Positions 25,245 through 37,599 of a DNA stretch of 64,000 nt are shown one piece after another; position 1 is the stretch's first letter, and each line of letters begins with the position of its first letter. This DNA is from Centroscyllium fabricii (Eukaryota). The notes beneath the pieces were generated by a model. It saw only the letters and a list, made by a program, of their open reading frames with translations. It was not told the DNA's origin and made no database searches. The stretch spans positions 6,820,001 through 6,884,000 of the forward strand of contig JBNRSN020000039.1 in the NCBI GenBank assembly GCA_051313645.2. The letters run 5' to 3'. Both the position numbers and the translations under genes were made by a program.

Positions 25245-25827
25245 GATGAAGTGTATTTAGACTACCAAAAGGCATTAGACAAGTTGCCACACAAAAGATT
25301 ACTGCTCAAGATACTAAATCACGGCATCTAGTGTAATATACTGCCATGGGTGGAAGATTGTTTTTTTATTAGGCAGCAGAGGGTTGGGACAAATGGGTCA
25401 TTTTCGGGTTCGCAACCAGCAACTGGTCTTGTTCCGCAGGGGTCAGTGCTGAAACCCTAACTCTTTACTATCTATATTATATATTTGCAGGAATGGGCCA
25501 AGTGCAATAAATCAAAGTTTTCAGATGATACAAAGATGGCAGGTAAAGTCGTGAGTGGTGAGTAGATAACAAAAATGCAAACAGATATAGGCAGGCTTAG
25601 TTAGTGGGTTGAGATATGGCAGATATAATACAGTACTGGAAAGTGGGAGGGTATGAATTTTGGAAAGTAAAATCCTGAACCAATGTATTGGCTTAATGGA
25701 AAGAAACTGCAATGTACAAAGGGGTCTGGGGGTCCTGGTTCATGAAACACAAAAAGTTAATATGCTGGTGCATTTGGTGATCAGGACGGATAATGGAATG
25801 TCAACTTTTATTGCAAGGGGGATGGAA

Positions 25828-26808
25828 TGTCACAGATGGCATTCCCCTTTAAGGAATCCATTTTGGAATTCTTTGTTTTGTTCTCTGTTTTGGTTCATTA
25901 TACCTCAATTACCTGTGCACATACCTGTGTGTTCCTCGTTCTCTATACCTGCATTCTTATTGGTTAGCACTAATCTATCTAGTCGGCTTATAAGCTGGGT
26001 GCTGAGACCAGGCAGTGGCCGGATCATTCTACTTACTACTCATTACTACGAACTACTGGAAGGAGTGGTTGCTGTCTGAGCTCCTGGAGAGGCAATGTGT
26101 TTGGGCATTCCCCTGCCTTGTAGATGATGTATTCTCTTCTGGAAACTCGGGTAGAGTGAGTCTTAGCTGTGGAGCGGAATTCGGAGAACTACGGTTGTCT
26201 ACATTCTGGACATTGCACTCTACCACCTGAACTCAGGTTTGGACATTCCATTAGTTAAGTAAGGGCGTTCCCCTGCTAAGTAGATCATGTATTCTCGTCC
26301 TGTGAACTCCGTTGGGTTGAGTCCCCGCGGTGGAGCGGACTTTGAAGAAATCCTGGTTCTACTTCCTGGACATTGGTCGTTATCACCCGAACTGAGGTTT
26401 GGACATTTCAGTAGTGTATGTGGGGAGTTTCCTTGTTTGTGAAGATGGATTCTTCCTTTGAAGACTCCGTTGGAGTGAGTCCCTGCTGTAGGGAGGACTC
26501 GGGAGAATTCCTAATTCAATAGCCTGGACATTTCTCTCTACCACCTGAACTCAGGGTTGGACATGTAATTCACAACACTATGATGCTCTTGACTGAGTAT
26601 CATTCCACGCACAAAGGAAAGTCTTGTACCAGTTCGGAAAGGAACCTGTTTTCTGTTTGTAACTATTTGTATGCCATTTAATTATGTATTGTAACTTTTT
26701 GAATGTATGCATGTATGTTTTTTATTACAGTTTTGTATATAAAGGAATTTAAGGACCTAGACAGTTTTATCAGTGTCTTGCATTTGGGCCCCACACCCCA
26801 CCGTTACA
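25828..26808 (+). mobile_element. Solo LTR (981 bp) with three internal ~160-bp repeats
   Basis: tgtcaca...cgttaca termini; TSD tggaa/tggag (perfect tggag/tggag in copy B). Interrupts CR1 coding sequence. Confidence 0.85.
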
Positions 26809-29800
26809 TGGAGTGTAATAACAGGGTGTTCTTGCTGCAGTTGTACAAGCTAATGGCAAGACCACACCTAGAATACTGCGTACAGTTTTGGTCGACATTT
26901 TTGGGAAAATACATACTTGCATTTGAGGCACTGGAAATAAGGTTCACTGGATTAATTCCGGGGATGAGACGGTTGCTATATGAGGAGAGGGTGTGTAGAT
27001 TGGGCCTATACTCTTTGGAGTTCAGAAGAATGAGGGGCGAACATATTGAAACATATCAGAACGTAAGGGGGCTTGATCAGTGGATGCAGAGAGGATGTTT
27101 CCAGTCTGAAAGTGTACATATGCTGGACTGGAATACTCCTGTGCACCTCTACATTTTCTCCAGTCTGAAATCTAAACTTGACATGAGCTGGAGTCGTCCT
27201 GAGCACCTTTCCCTCACGGCAGTATCAAATTATATATTGGCATTGGCTGCAATTCTCCTATGCCCCTCTGTCCCTATCTCCAGTCTGAAATTGTACTTTG
27301 TGCAGGGCTGGAATACTCCTGTGGACCTCTACACGTTCTCCAGCCTGAAATCATACATTGTGACGATATGCAGTCCTACTGACCCCGTCTCTACTTACAG
27401 CAGTCTGAGGTTATACATTGGCCTCGGCTCAAATTTTCCTTTACCCCTCTACACATTCTCATATATTAAATTGTACATTGTTCTGGGCTGGATTCGCCAT
27501 GCGGCCCTGTAACATTTCTCCTGTCTGCAATTGTAAATTGGCATGGGTTCGAATCCTCCTGTAACCCTCGACAGTTTCTCCAGTCTGAAATTGTACATCG
27601 GATGGGCTCGATTCCACCTGTACCCCTCTACTGTTTCTCCATTATCAAATTGTACATTGGCTTCGCCTAGAATCTTCCTCTATCCCTCTAAACATTCTCC
27701 ATTCTGAACTGCTTCATTTGGCAGGGCTGGAAACGTGTTGTGCCCCTCCAAATATTCTCGAGTCTGAAATTGTTAATTGGCCTTGGCTGGAATCATCCAG
27801 TGCCCCTCTACTCTTTCCCCAGTCTGTGATTGTGAACCAGCCCCGTCGGTTGTACTCAACAGATCGAAGACTGATCAGAGTGAGCGCAAGTGAAGGTCTC
27901 TTCATCCTGGATACAGTTGAATGATATCCTCTACATGGTTTCTGTGCATGCACTGAATCAGCTTTAGCAATAAGTGGCTGCACCCAATTTGTTAATCATT
28001 AACCGATTCTCTCATTTGCTAATCATGAGTTTGTTTACAATCAGAACCAGCCCTTGACTTTTGTTCCTGGTTCTGTTTATTTGTTTCCACCTGATTTGTC
28101 AGGTTACTCCTTTCCTCTCGGCTGTGGTATCTGGGAAGTGTCCTCTAATCGTATCACACAAAGCTGAATATTCTCATGGCTCTGTGACGCTGTCCAGTGT
28201 GGAATCATAACACTCTGTATTATTGCTGGCCGAGTATTGGTACCCTGGCGACCACTCCACCCTGCTTGAAGTTCTTAATATCTTGTATTTTTAACATTCC
28301 CCCTTTTCTTTTTAGTATTCCTGCCTTTTCTTTTTGTGACATGTCTTCACTTATAATGGCCATTCCCAAGATATCATGGTTACTGGGATTATTCAAATTT
28401 ATGTAATTCAACACATTTCCTTCCTCCTGTTTCAGGGAAGACTCGGCCTCCTGCGTTCTTAATATTATTCATTTATGTTGGTTTGTTATTATTACTCAAT
28501 TCTCCTGTCAGTAGTTATAAAACTTCCTTTATTCTTCTTTTTACTCATTCACGTCGTTTTCATTATGACGCCACCCACCCCGTAGTTTATTACACAGAAT
28601 CATATGGAAATTATTCAAACGCGAAAGACAATTGAATCCACAATGAGTGTTGCTCATCATTCTCCTCCCCATCAGTAGAGCTGATTCAATGTGCCCCCAA
28701 TTTCACATATTACATACACTAATCATAAGTTATTTCCCTGTGTATAGTATGAATATAAGAAGCAATTAATGAAATAAAGAACATTTAGAAAGGAATCAAA
28801 CCGAAAGACAGAAACAGAGAACAAGTTATAAAATAAAAAATGGAAGAAAGAAACATGAAACTAAGGAGCAAAGAAAGAACGTAGGAAGGAAACAAAGAAA
28901 AATGTAAAGAAAGAAAGCAAGATATAAAGAATAAGGCAGTGAGGAATGAAAGCAGGAAGGGAGGTTCGAAGGAATAAAGGAATAAAGTAGGAATGCGAGA
29001 AGGCAAGAAATGAGGCAAGAATGAATAAAAGAACGGAAGAAAGAAAGAAAGAGAGAAATAGAAGGAACGACGGAAATAAATCAGACAAGGAAGTAAAGAA
29101 TGAATGAAACAAGAAAGGACAGGACTGGCGTCCTCCTGTGCACCCCTACACTTACTGCAGTATGAAATTGTACATTGGCCTAGATTGGAATCCTGCGGTG
29201 GCCCTGTACAGATTCGCCAGCCTGAATTTGTAAGTTGGCCTTGGCTCGAGTCCTCCTGTGCAACGCTACACTTACTGCAGTCTGAAATTACACATTGGTC
29301 TGCACTGGCATGCTACTGTGCCCATCTAGAACTTCTGCAGTATGAATTTGTACATTGACCTGAGCTGGAACTTTCCTTTCTCCAGTCTTAAATTGTAATG
29401 TGATTGTTCTTGACTACTCCTGTGCCCATCTACACTTGCTGCATTCTGAAACTGTACGCTGTCCAGGGCTGGAAAACCATTGCGCCCCTCTTCAATTTCT
29501 CCTGCCGAAGATTGTAAAGTGGCATCAGCTGGAATCCTCCTGTGCACCTCTACACTTTCTCAAATCTGAAATTCTATATTAGCCTGGGCTGGCAACCTAT
29601 TGTTCCACTCTGGACATTCTCCAGCCTGAAATTGTACATGTTCCGGTGGTGGAATACTCTGCTACACCTCTGTACGTTCTCCTGTCTAAAATTGTACATT
29701 GGCCTGTGCTGAAGTCCTCCTGTGCCCCTCTACAATCACTGCAGTCTGAAATTGTACATTGGCTTAGACTTTCATTCTACATTTCGCTCTAAATGATCTC

Positions 29801-32800
29801 TGGTCTGAAATTGTACATTGGCCTTAGCTATAATCATCCCGTGCCCCTCTGCACTTTCTCCAGTCTGAAATTCTACATTGTTCTGGGTTGGCATCCTCTT
29901 CCGCCCCTATACAATTTATCCAGTCCGAAATTGTACGTTGTCCTCAGCTGGAATACTCCTGTGCCACTCTACACTTACTCCAGTCAGCAATTCTACTTTG
30001 GCCTGGGCTGGAATACTCCTACATACGAACATAACAAATAGCAGCAGAAGTAGCCCAATCGGCCCCTCGAGCCTGCTCCACCATTCACAAGATGATCGCT
30101 CATCTTATCATAACCTGAAATCTACTTTCACTCTCCATCCCACCCGTATGCATGTGATCTCCCGGGAGAGGCGAAACGGCAGAAAAATAAACGAATGGCA
30201 AATGTGGGAAAAAAAATCTGGGGAGATCATTTCCGACCCCTCTTGGCAATCGAAACTCGTCCAGAAGTTCACATGGCCGATCTAAACCTAGCCTTAAATC
30301 CACTTTCCTGACGGCTCACCGTAATCCCTAATGCCCTTTACATCTCGAAAGCTGTCTCTGCTTGAAATACATTCAATTAGTAGTTTCCACAGCTGTCTGG
30401 GGCAGACAATTCCACAGACATGCCAATTCAATTCAATTCAATTATTATTGTCATTGCAGAGTACAAGTACAATAAAATGAGACGAAGTGTAGTGCACGCG
30501 CCCCTGTAACATTTCACGTATCTGCAATTATACATTGACCTGTGCTCGAATGCTCCTGTGCCCATCTACCCAATTTCAGACTGAGGTTCTGCATTGGTCT
30601 CGACTGGAATCATCCTATGTCCCTTTAACATTCTCCTTTCTGAAATTCTAAATTGGCCTGGGCTAGAATAATGCTTTGCCGCTCTAAATTTTGTCCATTG
30701 TGAAATTGTTAATTGGCCTTGGCTGGAATCCTCCTCTGCCCCTCTACTCTTTCTGCAGTTTTAGATCATGAAACAGCACCGTCGGTTGTACTCAATGCAT
30801 TGAAGACAGATCATAATGAGGGTAAGTACAGCTGCCTTCATCCTGGATCCAGTTGAATGATTCCTCTGCATGTTGTCTGTGCGCGCACTAGCTCAGCTTT
30901 AGTGATATTTGGCTGCACCTCATTTTTTAATCATTAACCAATTCCGCTCAATTGCTAATCATTAGTTTATTTAAAGACATAACCTGCCCTTGACTTGTAC
31001 TCATTTGTTCTGTTTATCATTTCTCCTGATTCGCCAGCTTAATCCTACCTCTCGGCTGTTGTCCATCTAAAACCCTTCTCACACTCCGGGATCTTAGAAT
31101 AATCCATTATGGGTAACGCATAACGTTGAATATTCCTATGTACCCGTGGCTCTGTCCAGTTTGGAATCATAACATGCCTTGTTAGAGCTGCCTAGAGCTT
31201 GGATTTGTACCGTGAAGACCACTCCCCCTCCACCCTGCTTGTAGCTCTTATACTCATGTATTCTTAACATTCCCGCATTTCTTTTTAATATTCCTGCCTT
31301 GTGGTTTTGCTGACATGTCTTCACTCATACTGTCCATTCCCTCGCTATCCTGGCTCCTGGGATAATTCTTCCTTTTTGTGTTTCAACACATGCCCTTTCT
31401 CGTACTTGCGTGTAGATCTCGGGATCCAGGGTCCTTCGTATTATTACTTTATCTTGGTTTCTTGCTGTTATTCATTTCTCCTGTCTGTGGCTATATAACT
31501 TCCTTCATTCTTCTTATTGCTCACCCGCATCTTTTTCATTATGGCCCCTACCCAATCTGTAGGTTTTTACACAGAATCTCAGGGAAATTAGAGGGAAGGC
31601 GCATGGAGCGGGCTGTGGTAGGCCCCAGGCCTCAGCCCCGATGTTTGAAACTTGGACTTGAAATTACACAAAGGGGAAAGACAATTGAATCCACAGTGAG
31701 TGATGCTCATTATTCTCCCGTCTATCAATAGAACTGATGCCAAGCCCCCCACCCGCGTTCCCATATATATTCTCCTGGTCAGAAATCTCATCGCTCTTTT
31801 TGTAGAAGCTGTTTGGATATAAGATAGAAAAAGTATAAAGAAGAAATAAATGAAGGAAGGAAAGATTATAAGAAAGGGTATAAAAAGAATAAGAACGAAA
31901 GACAGAAAGAAAGAGAACAAGCAATAATGGGCCAGAATTTCCTGAATAATGGGCCAGAATTTCCTGTGCTCCAGAGGAGATGCACACTCACGAAGGGGCG
32001 TCCGAAATGACACGTGGGTGTGCAGCACGGGGGATGCCCTCGAACGGGAATTTACTGTGCTGATGGGCAAGGCCCGACAGCATCCAACGCATGAAGACCT
32101 TACACTGACGATTTCCTGTCAGAACGGGTGAAAATGCGTGTGTCAGCAGGTGGGCAAGTCGCTCTGGAGTTGCACATCTGAAAAGCAGTCGTAGCTGTGT
32201 GCCTGTGGTGCGTGCAGAACGGGAAAAAGCACTCTCATAGCGTGAAAAGGTAAGTTATTTGTTGATGTGATTCACATTCCTCTCATTTACACTTCACACT
32301 ACAGCCGACGGCAGACTTTGTTAGCAGTTAGTTTATTATACAGTGCACGCTGAATAGCCTGCTTCTCTGTCAGAAAGAGAAATACTTAAGAGACGGTTTG
32401 TTTACTGACTTCATTTTAAAATGTGAAACTCTCACCTGGATGGAAGGGCGAGCTCCCCCAGATTTGCCGTTGTTACATTTCTCAGCCGGGCTGGAGACGC
32501 GGGTGGCTTCCTTTAACTGGGTCTCACGTTTTGAAACAGTTTTGCCTCCCTTGGTTTGGCTTCATGTCGGGCAGGACGGGACTGGATCCAGCCTGCAGCG
32601 GTGCCCCGGAGGGAGACAACGGTCAGCGCTTTTGAGCAGCTTTCACAAGGGCGCGACCAGATCGGAGTTTGCCCACACACAGCCTGGTAACTGTTGGCTG
32701 GATCAGGGTTGCTGCAGATAACTCTGTAGGTTTCAGCCTTGAGAAACTGCGAGCCCAGCACAGACTGTTTAACATTCAGCCTCACAAGGCTTCGACAGGA

Positions 32801-33039
32801 GACTTCCCAACTTAGAAGTGGTAATTTTGTCCCGGACCCGACGCTGAAGTTCATTAGTGGCAAGAATTGACTGGGAATATCGGCTGCAAGATCAGAGCCC
32901 CGATTTGCCGACCCACACTCGCCACTAGTGAGGGGTCATACCAGGACCAGAGCCTTGTAAATTACTCCTGGAATTCTCAAACAAAGCACAATCACAGAAA
33001 GGAAGACATATCGGAAGCAGTGGTGTGGAAAGTGACATC

Positions 33040-33990
33040 GAAAGTGAAGATGCGGCGGAGATGCTGAAACTAGAATAATGTAATAGAGTCTTTACAGGAA
33101 GGCAGCAGCGAGGAAGTGCAGTCCAGGTAGCTGCTGGAGGCGGTGGGCTTGTAGAGGATGTTTTTCAAAAGTGATACGCCAGAAATTTAGATGTATAATT
33201 CAGGGAAGGGAAGTGTCGGAGATCAACCATGTACTGGTGATGGAAGGGTCGAAATTTGAAGTAAGCTGAATGGAATAATGTAGCTCAGCAGGAAATAGAA
33301 CTGAGGTGGCGGACCTGAGTAGGACTGGAACAACGAGTGCTCTAGATATCCAGTGAACAGGCAGGCATAGCTAGCGCCCATGTACGTTCGCGTAGCAACA
33401 CCTTTAGTTTGGAGCAAGTGAGTGATGTCAAAGCAGAAGTTGTTGAATGTGAGAACAATTTCAGCCAGGCAGAGGAGGCTGCTGCTGAATGGGAACTAGT
33501 GGGGACTCTGTACAATCCAGAAACGGAGCGCACAGAGGCCGCCGAGGCGGGGCATGGAGGAGTAGAGCGATTTGATTGCCATGGTGAACAGAAGACGTTT
33601 GTGGCTGGGAAAATGAAAACTGTTAAAGGGACGGAGGGCGTCGGAAGAACGGCAAAGGTAAGTGGGGAGAGAATGGGCAAGGGGAGAAACAACGACGTTG
33701 AAATAGGAAGAGGTAATGACCGTGGGCCAAGAACAAGCTGAAACGATTGTCTACCTGTGCAGTCCTGTTTGTGGACATTGGGACGGAGTTAGAAGCTGGC
33801 TCTGCGTGGTTGTGCGATTATGGGGTTTGTGGCCTTAGGGGGAAGATCCCCAGAGGAAATTAGGTCAATGACAGACTCAGAAACAATGTTTTGAGTTTTG
33901 ATGGTGGCATCATGGTACAGGCGGTGGTAGGAGCAGGTGTCAGATAGTTGCCATTTAGCTTAAACTCGGTAGAGGTCGGTTCGGCAAAGA
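33040..33990 (-). mobile_element. Degenerate Penelope-like element RT fragment
   Basis: LQTKGVATRTYMGASYACLFTGYLEHSLFQSYSGP resembles the Penelope RT motif QxxGxAMGxxMGPSYACLFxGY. Confidence 0.8.
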
Positions 33991-34004
33991 AGAACTTGAC
34001 TCAG

Positions 34005-36290
34005 CAAGGTTCCCGGCGATTTGGAAAACTGTTAATGTAATGCCCTTAATTTAAGAAGGTAGTAGATAAAATGTTGTAAACTATAAATCAGTTAGCCTAA
34101 CACCTGTGGCTGGTAAAATGTTGGAGTCCATTATTAAGGAAACTGTAGCAGGGCATTTGGATAAACATAATTTAATAGGACAAAGTCAGCATGGCTTTAC
34201 GAAGGGGAAGTCATGTTTCACAAATTTGCTCCAGTTCTTTGAAAATGTAAAATACATTTGGGAAACATGGTAACCAGTGGATGTAGTGTATTTAGACTAC
34301 CAAAAGGCATTAGACAAGTTGCCACACAAAAGATTAGTGCTCAAGATACTAAATCACGGCATCTAGTGTAATATACTGCCATGGGTGGAAGATTTTTTTT
34401 TATTAGGCAGCAGAAGGTTTGGTCAAATGGGTCATTTTCGGGTTCGCAACCAGCAACTGGTCTTGTTCCGCGGGGGTCAGTGCTGAAACCCTAACTCTTT
34501 ACTATCTATTTTATATATTTGCAGGAATGGGCCAAGTGCAATAAATCAAAGTTTTCAGATGATACAAAGATGGCAGGTAAAGTCGTGAGTGATGAGTAGA
34601 TAACAAAAATGCAAACAGATATAGACAGGCTTAGTTAGTGGGTTGAGATATGGCAGATATAATATAGTACTGGAAAGTGGGAGGGTATGAATTTTGGAAA
34701 GTAATATCCTGAACCAATGTATTGGCTTAATGGAAAGAAACTGCAATGTACAAAGGGGTCTGGGGGTCCTGGTGCATGAAACACAAAAAGTTAATATGCT
34801 GGTGCATTTGGTGATCAGGACGGATAATGGAATGTCAACTTTTATTGCAAGGGGGATGGAGTGTCACAGATGGAATTCCCCTTTAAGGAATCCATTTTGG
34901 AATTTTTTGTTTTGTTCTCTGTTTTGGTTCCTTATACCTCAATTACCTGTGCACATACCTGTGTGTTCCTCGTTCTCTATACCTGCATTATTATTGGTTA
35001 GCACTAATCTATCTAGTCGGCTTATAAGCTGGGTGCTGAGACCAGGCAGTGGCCGGATCATTCTACTTACTACTCATTGCTACGAACTACTGGAAGGAGT
35101 GGTTGCTGTCTGAGCTCCTGGAGAGGCAATGGGTTTGGGCATTCCCCTGCCTTGTAGATGATGTATTCTCTTCTGGAAACTCGGGTAGAGTGAGTCTTAG
35201 CTGTGGAGCGGACTGTGGACATTGCACTCTACCACCTGAACTCAGGTTTGGACATTCCATTAGTTAAGTAATGGCGTTCCCCTGCTAAGTAGATCATGTA
35301 TTCTCGTCCTGTGAACTCCGTTGGGTTGAGTCCCCGCGGTGGAGCGGACTTTGAAGAAATCCTGGTTCTACTTCCTGGACATTGGTCGTTATCACCCGAA
35401 CTGAGGTTTGGACATTTCAGTAGTGTATGTGGGGAGTTTCCTTGTTTGTGAAGATGGATTCTTCCTCTGAAGACTCCGTTGGATTGAGTCCCTGCTGTAG
35501 GGCAGACTCGGGAGAATTCCTAATTCAACAGCCTGGACATTTCTCTCTACCACCTGAACTCATGGTTGGACATGTAATTCACAACACTATGATGCTCTTG
35601 ACTGAGTATCATTCCACGCACAAAGGAAAGTCTTGTACCAGTTCGGAAAGGAACTTGTTTTCTCTTTCTAACTATTTGTATGCCATTTAATTATGTATTG
35701 TAACTTTTTGAATGTATGCATGTATGTTTTTTATTACAGTTTTGTATATAAAGGAATTTAAGGACCTAGACATTTTTATCAGTGTCTTGCATTTGGGCCC
35801 CACACCCCACCGTTACATGGAGTGTAATAACAGGGTGTTCTTGCTGCAGTTGTACAAGCTAATGGCAAGACCACACCTAGAATACTGCGTACAGTTTTGG
35901 TCGACATTTTTGGGAAAATACATACTTGCATTTGAGGCACTGGAAATAAGGTTCACTGGATTAATTCCGGGGATGAGACGGTTGCTATATGAGGAGAGGG
36001 TGTGTAGATTGGGCCTATACTCTTTGGAGTTCAGAAGAATGAGGGGCGAACATATTGAAACATATCAGAACGTAAGGGGGCTTGATCAGTGGATGCAGAG
36101 AGGATGTTTCCAATGATGGCTTAAACTAGAACAACAGGGCATAATCTTAGCACACGCGGGTGCCCTTTCAAACCGGAGCTGAGGAGAAACATCTTCACTC
36201 AGAGCATGATTAATCTGTGTAATTTGCTACCCCAAAGAGCTGTGGCAGCTGCAAAATGTAATATCTTTAAAACCGATTTATTATCCGGGT
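34005..36290 (+). mobile_element. Old degenerate CR1 LINE (copy B)
   Basis: Duplicate of 24045-27099 without the VNTR retroposon; extends to an FTQS..NL.N.LP-like C-terminus. Confidence 0.85.
34862..35817 (+). mobile_element. Solo LTR, copy B
   Basis: TG...CA termini with perfect TSD tggag (34857-34861 / 35818-35822). Confidence 0.87.
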
Positions 36291-37004
36291 TGAGCACTGG
36301 GCGATGCGTGTTACTGATACAAGAGGAGACGAAAACCTGTTTTAAATTATCCAGGGTACTCCGGCACGTGCCTATCAACCACGACCCGTACAGCACGCAT
36401 ATCTCGCTCTGTGCTGCCGAGTGCAAAGCATTTATGCCTTCCCCTAATAAAGCATTTACCGTTTTGGCATGTCTTTCCAGCTCAGCTATATATTTTTTTA
36501 ATGGACTGCCAAAGACTTGTCCTCGTGTAGCTCTGAGTTTATCACGTTATTTTCGTCACTTAAAATGTAATGTAACTGGGTATTAGACCATTTATCTGTG
36601 TTTATTACTCTATGTCGTCCAAACGTTTTTATGTCAGAGGACTTTTGTTAAATACTGTTAAATCGTCATTGCAAATAACCCTTCTTTGTCTCTCGGGCCT
36701 ACTGTCATACACAATGTGGGTGAGGAGAATTCTGTATTATCTACATTAGTGAAGACGGACTCATAAAGGAACCAGAACATCACATTTAACAGTGCCTATT
36801 ATTGTATTGTTGTCTCCCTGTGACAGCACTCAGGTAAGTGTACTCCATCAGGTTTATAGTCACTGAGGATACCGCGTATTGTACTCCCTGGTAGAGCATA
36901 TTTGCAGTTGTTACTAATACCAATTCATTCCCTGGTCCCGTGGTGCTGACGAGGCACCCCTCTCTGTGCAACCTCACTATATGGGTCATGGGCAGTGGCT
37001 TTCA

Positions 37005-37328
37005 GGGGCGGCACGGTGGCATAGTGGTTAGCACTGTTGCCTTACAGCACTGGAGACCCGGGTTCAAATCCAGCCTCGTGGTACTATCTGTGTGGAGTTT
37101 GCACATTCTGCCCGTGTCTGCATGGGATTCCTTAGTGTTAGGGGGATTGTATATTTGCGGTTACGGGGATAGTGTGAGATATGTGTCGGTGTAGGCTCGA
37201 TAGGGATCGAGGGATTTGGGGAGAGGGCAGGGGCGGGGAACTGGGTTTGGATGATCAGCCATGATCTCATTGAATGGCGGAGCAGGCTCGAATGGCCGAC
37301 TCCTGCTCCTATCTTCTATGTTTCTATG
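37005..37328 (+). mobile_element. HE1-like tRNA-derived V-SINE
   Basis: A box tggcatagtgg, B box ggttcaaatcc, V-domain gtgtggagtttgcacattct, and a CR1-derived tail ending ctatgtttctatg. Confidence 0.9.
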
Positions 37329-37599
37329 TTACAATTTCGGTGGTTTTAACTTGGATCCAAACGTACGGGACAATGCCTGCATGCATTTCTTTCCTACTTC
37401 CTTTCATTTTTGATGACAATCTTTCTTTAGATCCAGCTTTTCTCTCTTTCTTTCTCTCTCTCATGTCATAATCTTTCCCTTCCTCGTTCGAGATGTTAAT
37501 GGTTCTGTGATTCCCATTTACCCCTCCTGTAGACACAATTTTCTATACTTATCCCAATGAAATCTGCTTTTCCCTTGCACCTTCATAACTATTGTCATT

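Larger units (their letters stand above)
18485..27099 (+). repeat. Tandem segmental duplication, copy A
   Basis: Near-identical to 27100-36112; paired ORF translations differ at only a few residues (e.g. 20517-20771 vs 29104-29358). Confidence 0.95.
24045..27099 (+). mobile_element. Old degenerate CR1 LINE (RT region) carrying two nested insertions
   Basis: cagcatggctttacgaaggggaagtcatgt (QHGFTKGKSC), gttccgcaggggtcagtgct, ARPHLEYCVQFW; many stop codons. Confidence 0.85.
1..31925. repeat. Composite macro-repeat array: [60-bp minisatellite] + [~1 kb conserved block] + [GA-rich tract], about 10 full or partial units
   Basis: The conserved block (e.g. gctgtcttcatcctgga...gttaatcattaac...gttgaatattcctatgt...acacagaatcacagggaaa) recurs at ~140-1110, 3895-5060, 6500-7420, 10715-12030 (partial), 14520-15010 (partial), 15385-17440, 19210-20150, 22175-23220, 27825-28740 and 30760-31810. 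It is preceded by 60-bp monomers and usually followed by a GAAA-rich tract. Confidence 0.92.
27100..36112 (+). repeat. Tandem segmental duplication, copy B
   Basis: The junction gaggatgtt-TCCA-gtctgaaagtgtacata joins the CR1 to the satellite; the CR1 continues normally only after 36112. Confidence 0.95.

Noticed and set aside
24225-25290. Overlapping ORFs of 100-346 aa
   Set aside because: Produced by the GC-rich 28/29-bp VNTR; open in many frames with frame-cycling repeats.
26703-27512. 269-aa ORF as a gene
   Set aside because: Chance fusion of LTR, CR1 and satellite sequence across the duplication junction.
37005-37080. tRNA gene
   Set aside because: It is the tRNA-derived head of an HE1-like SINE, continuing into the V-domain and LINE tail.
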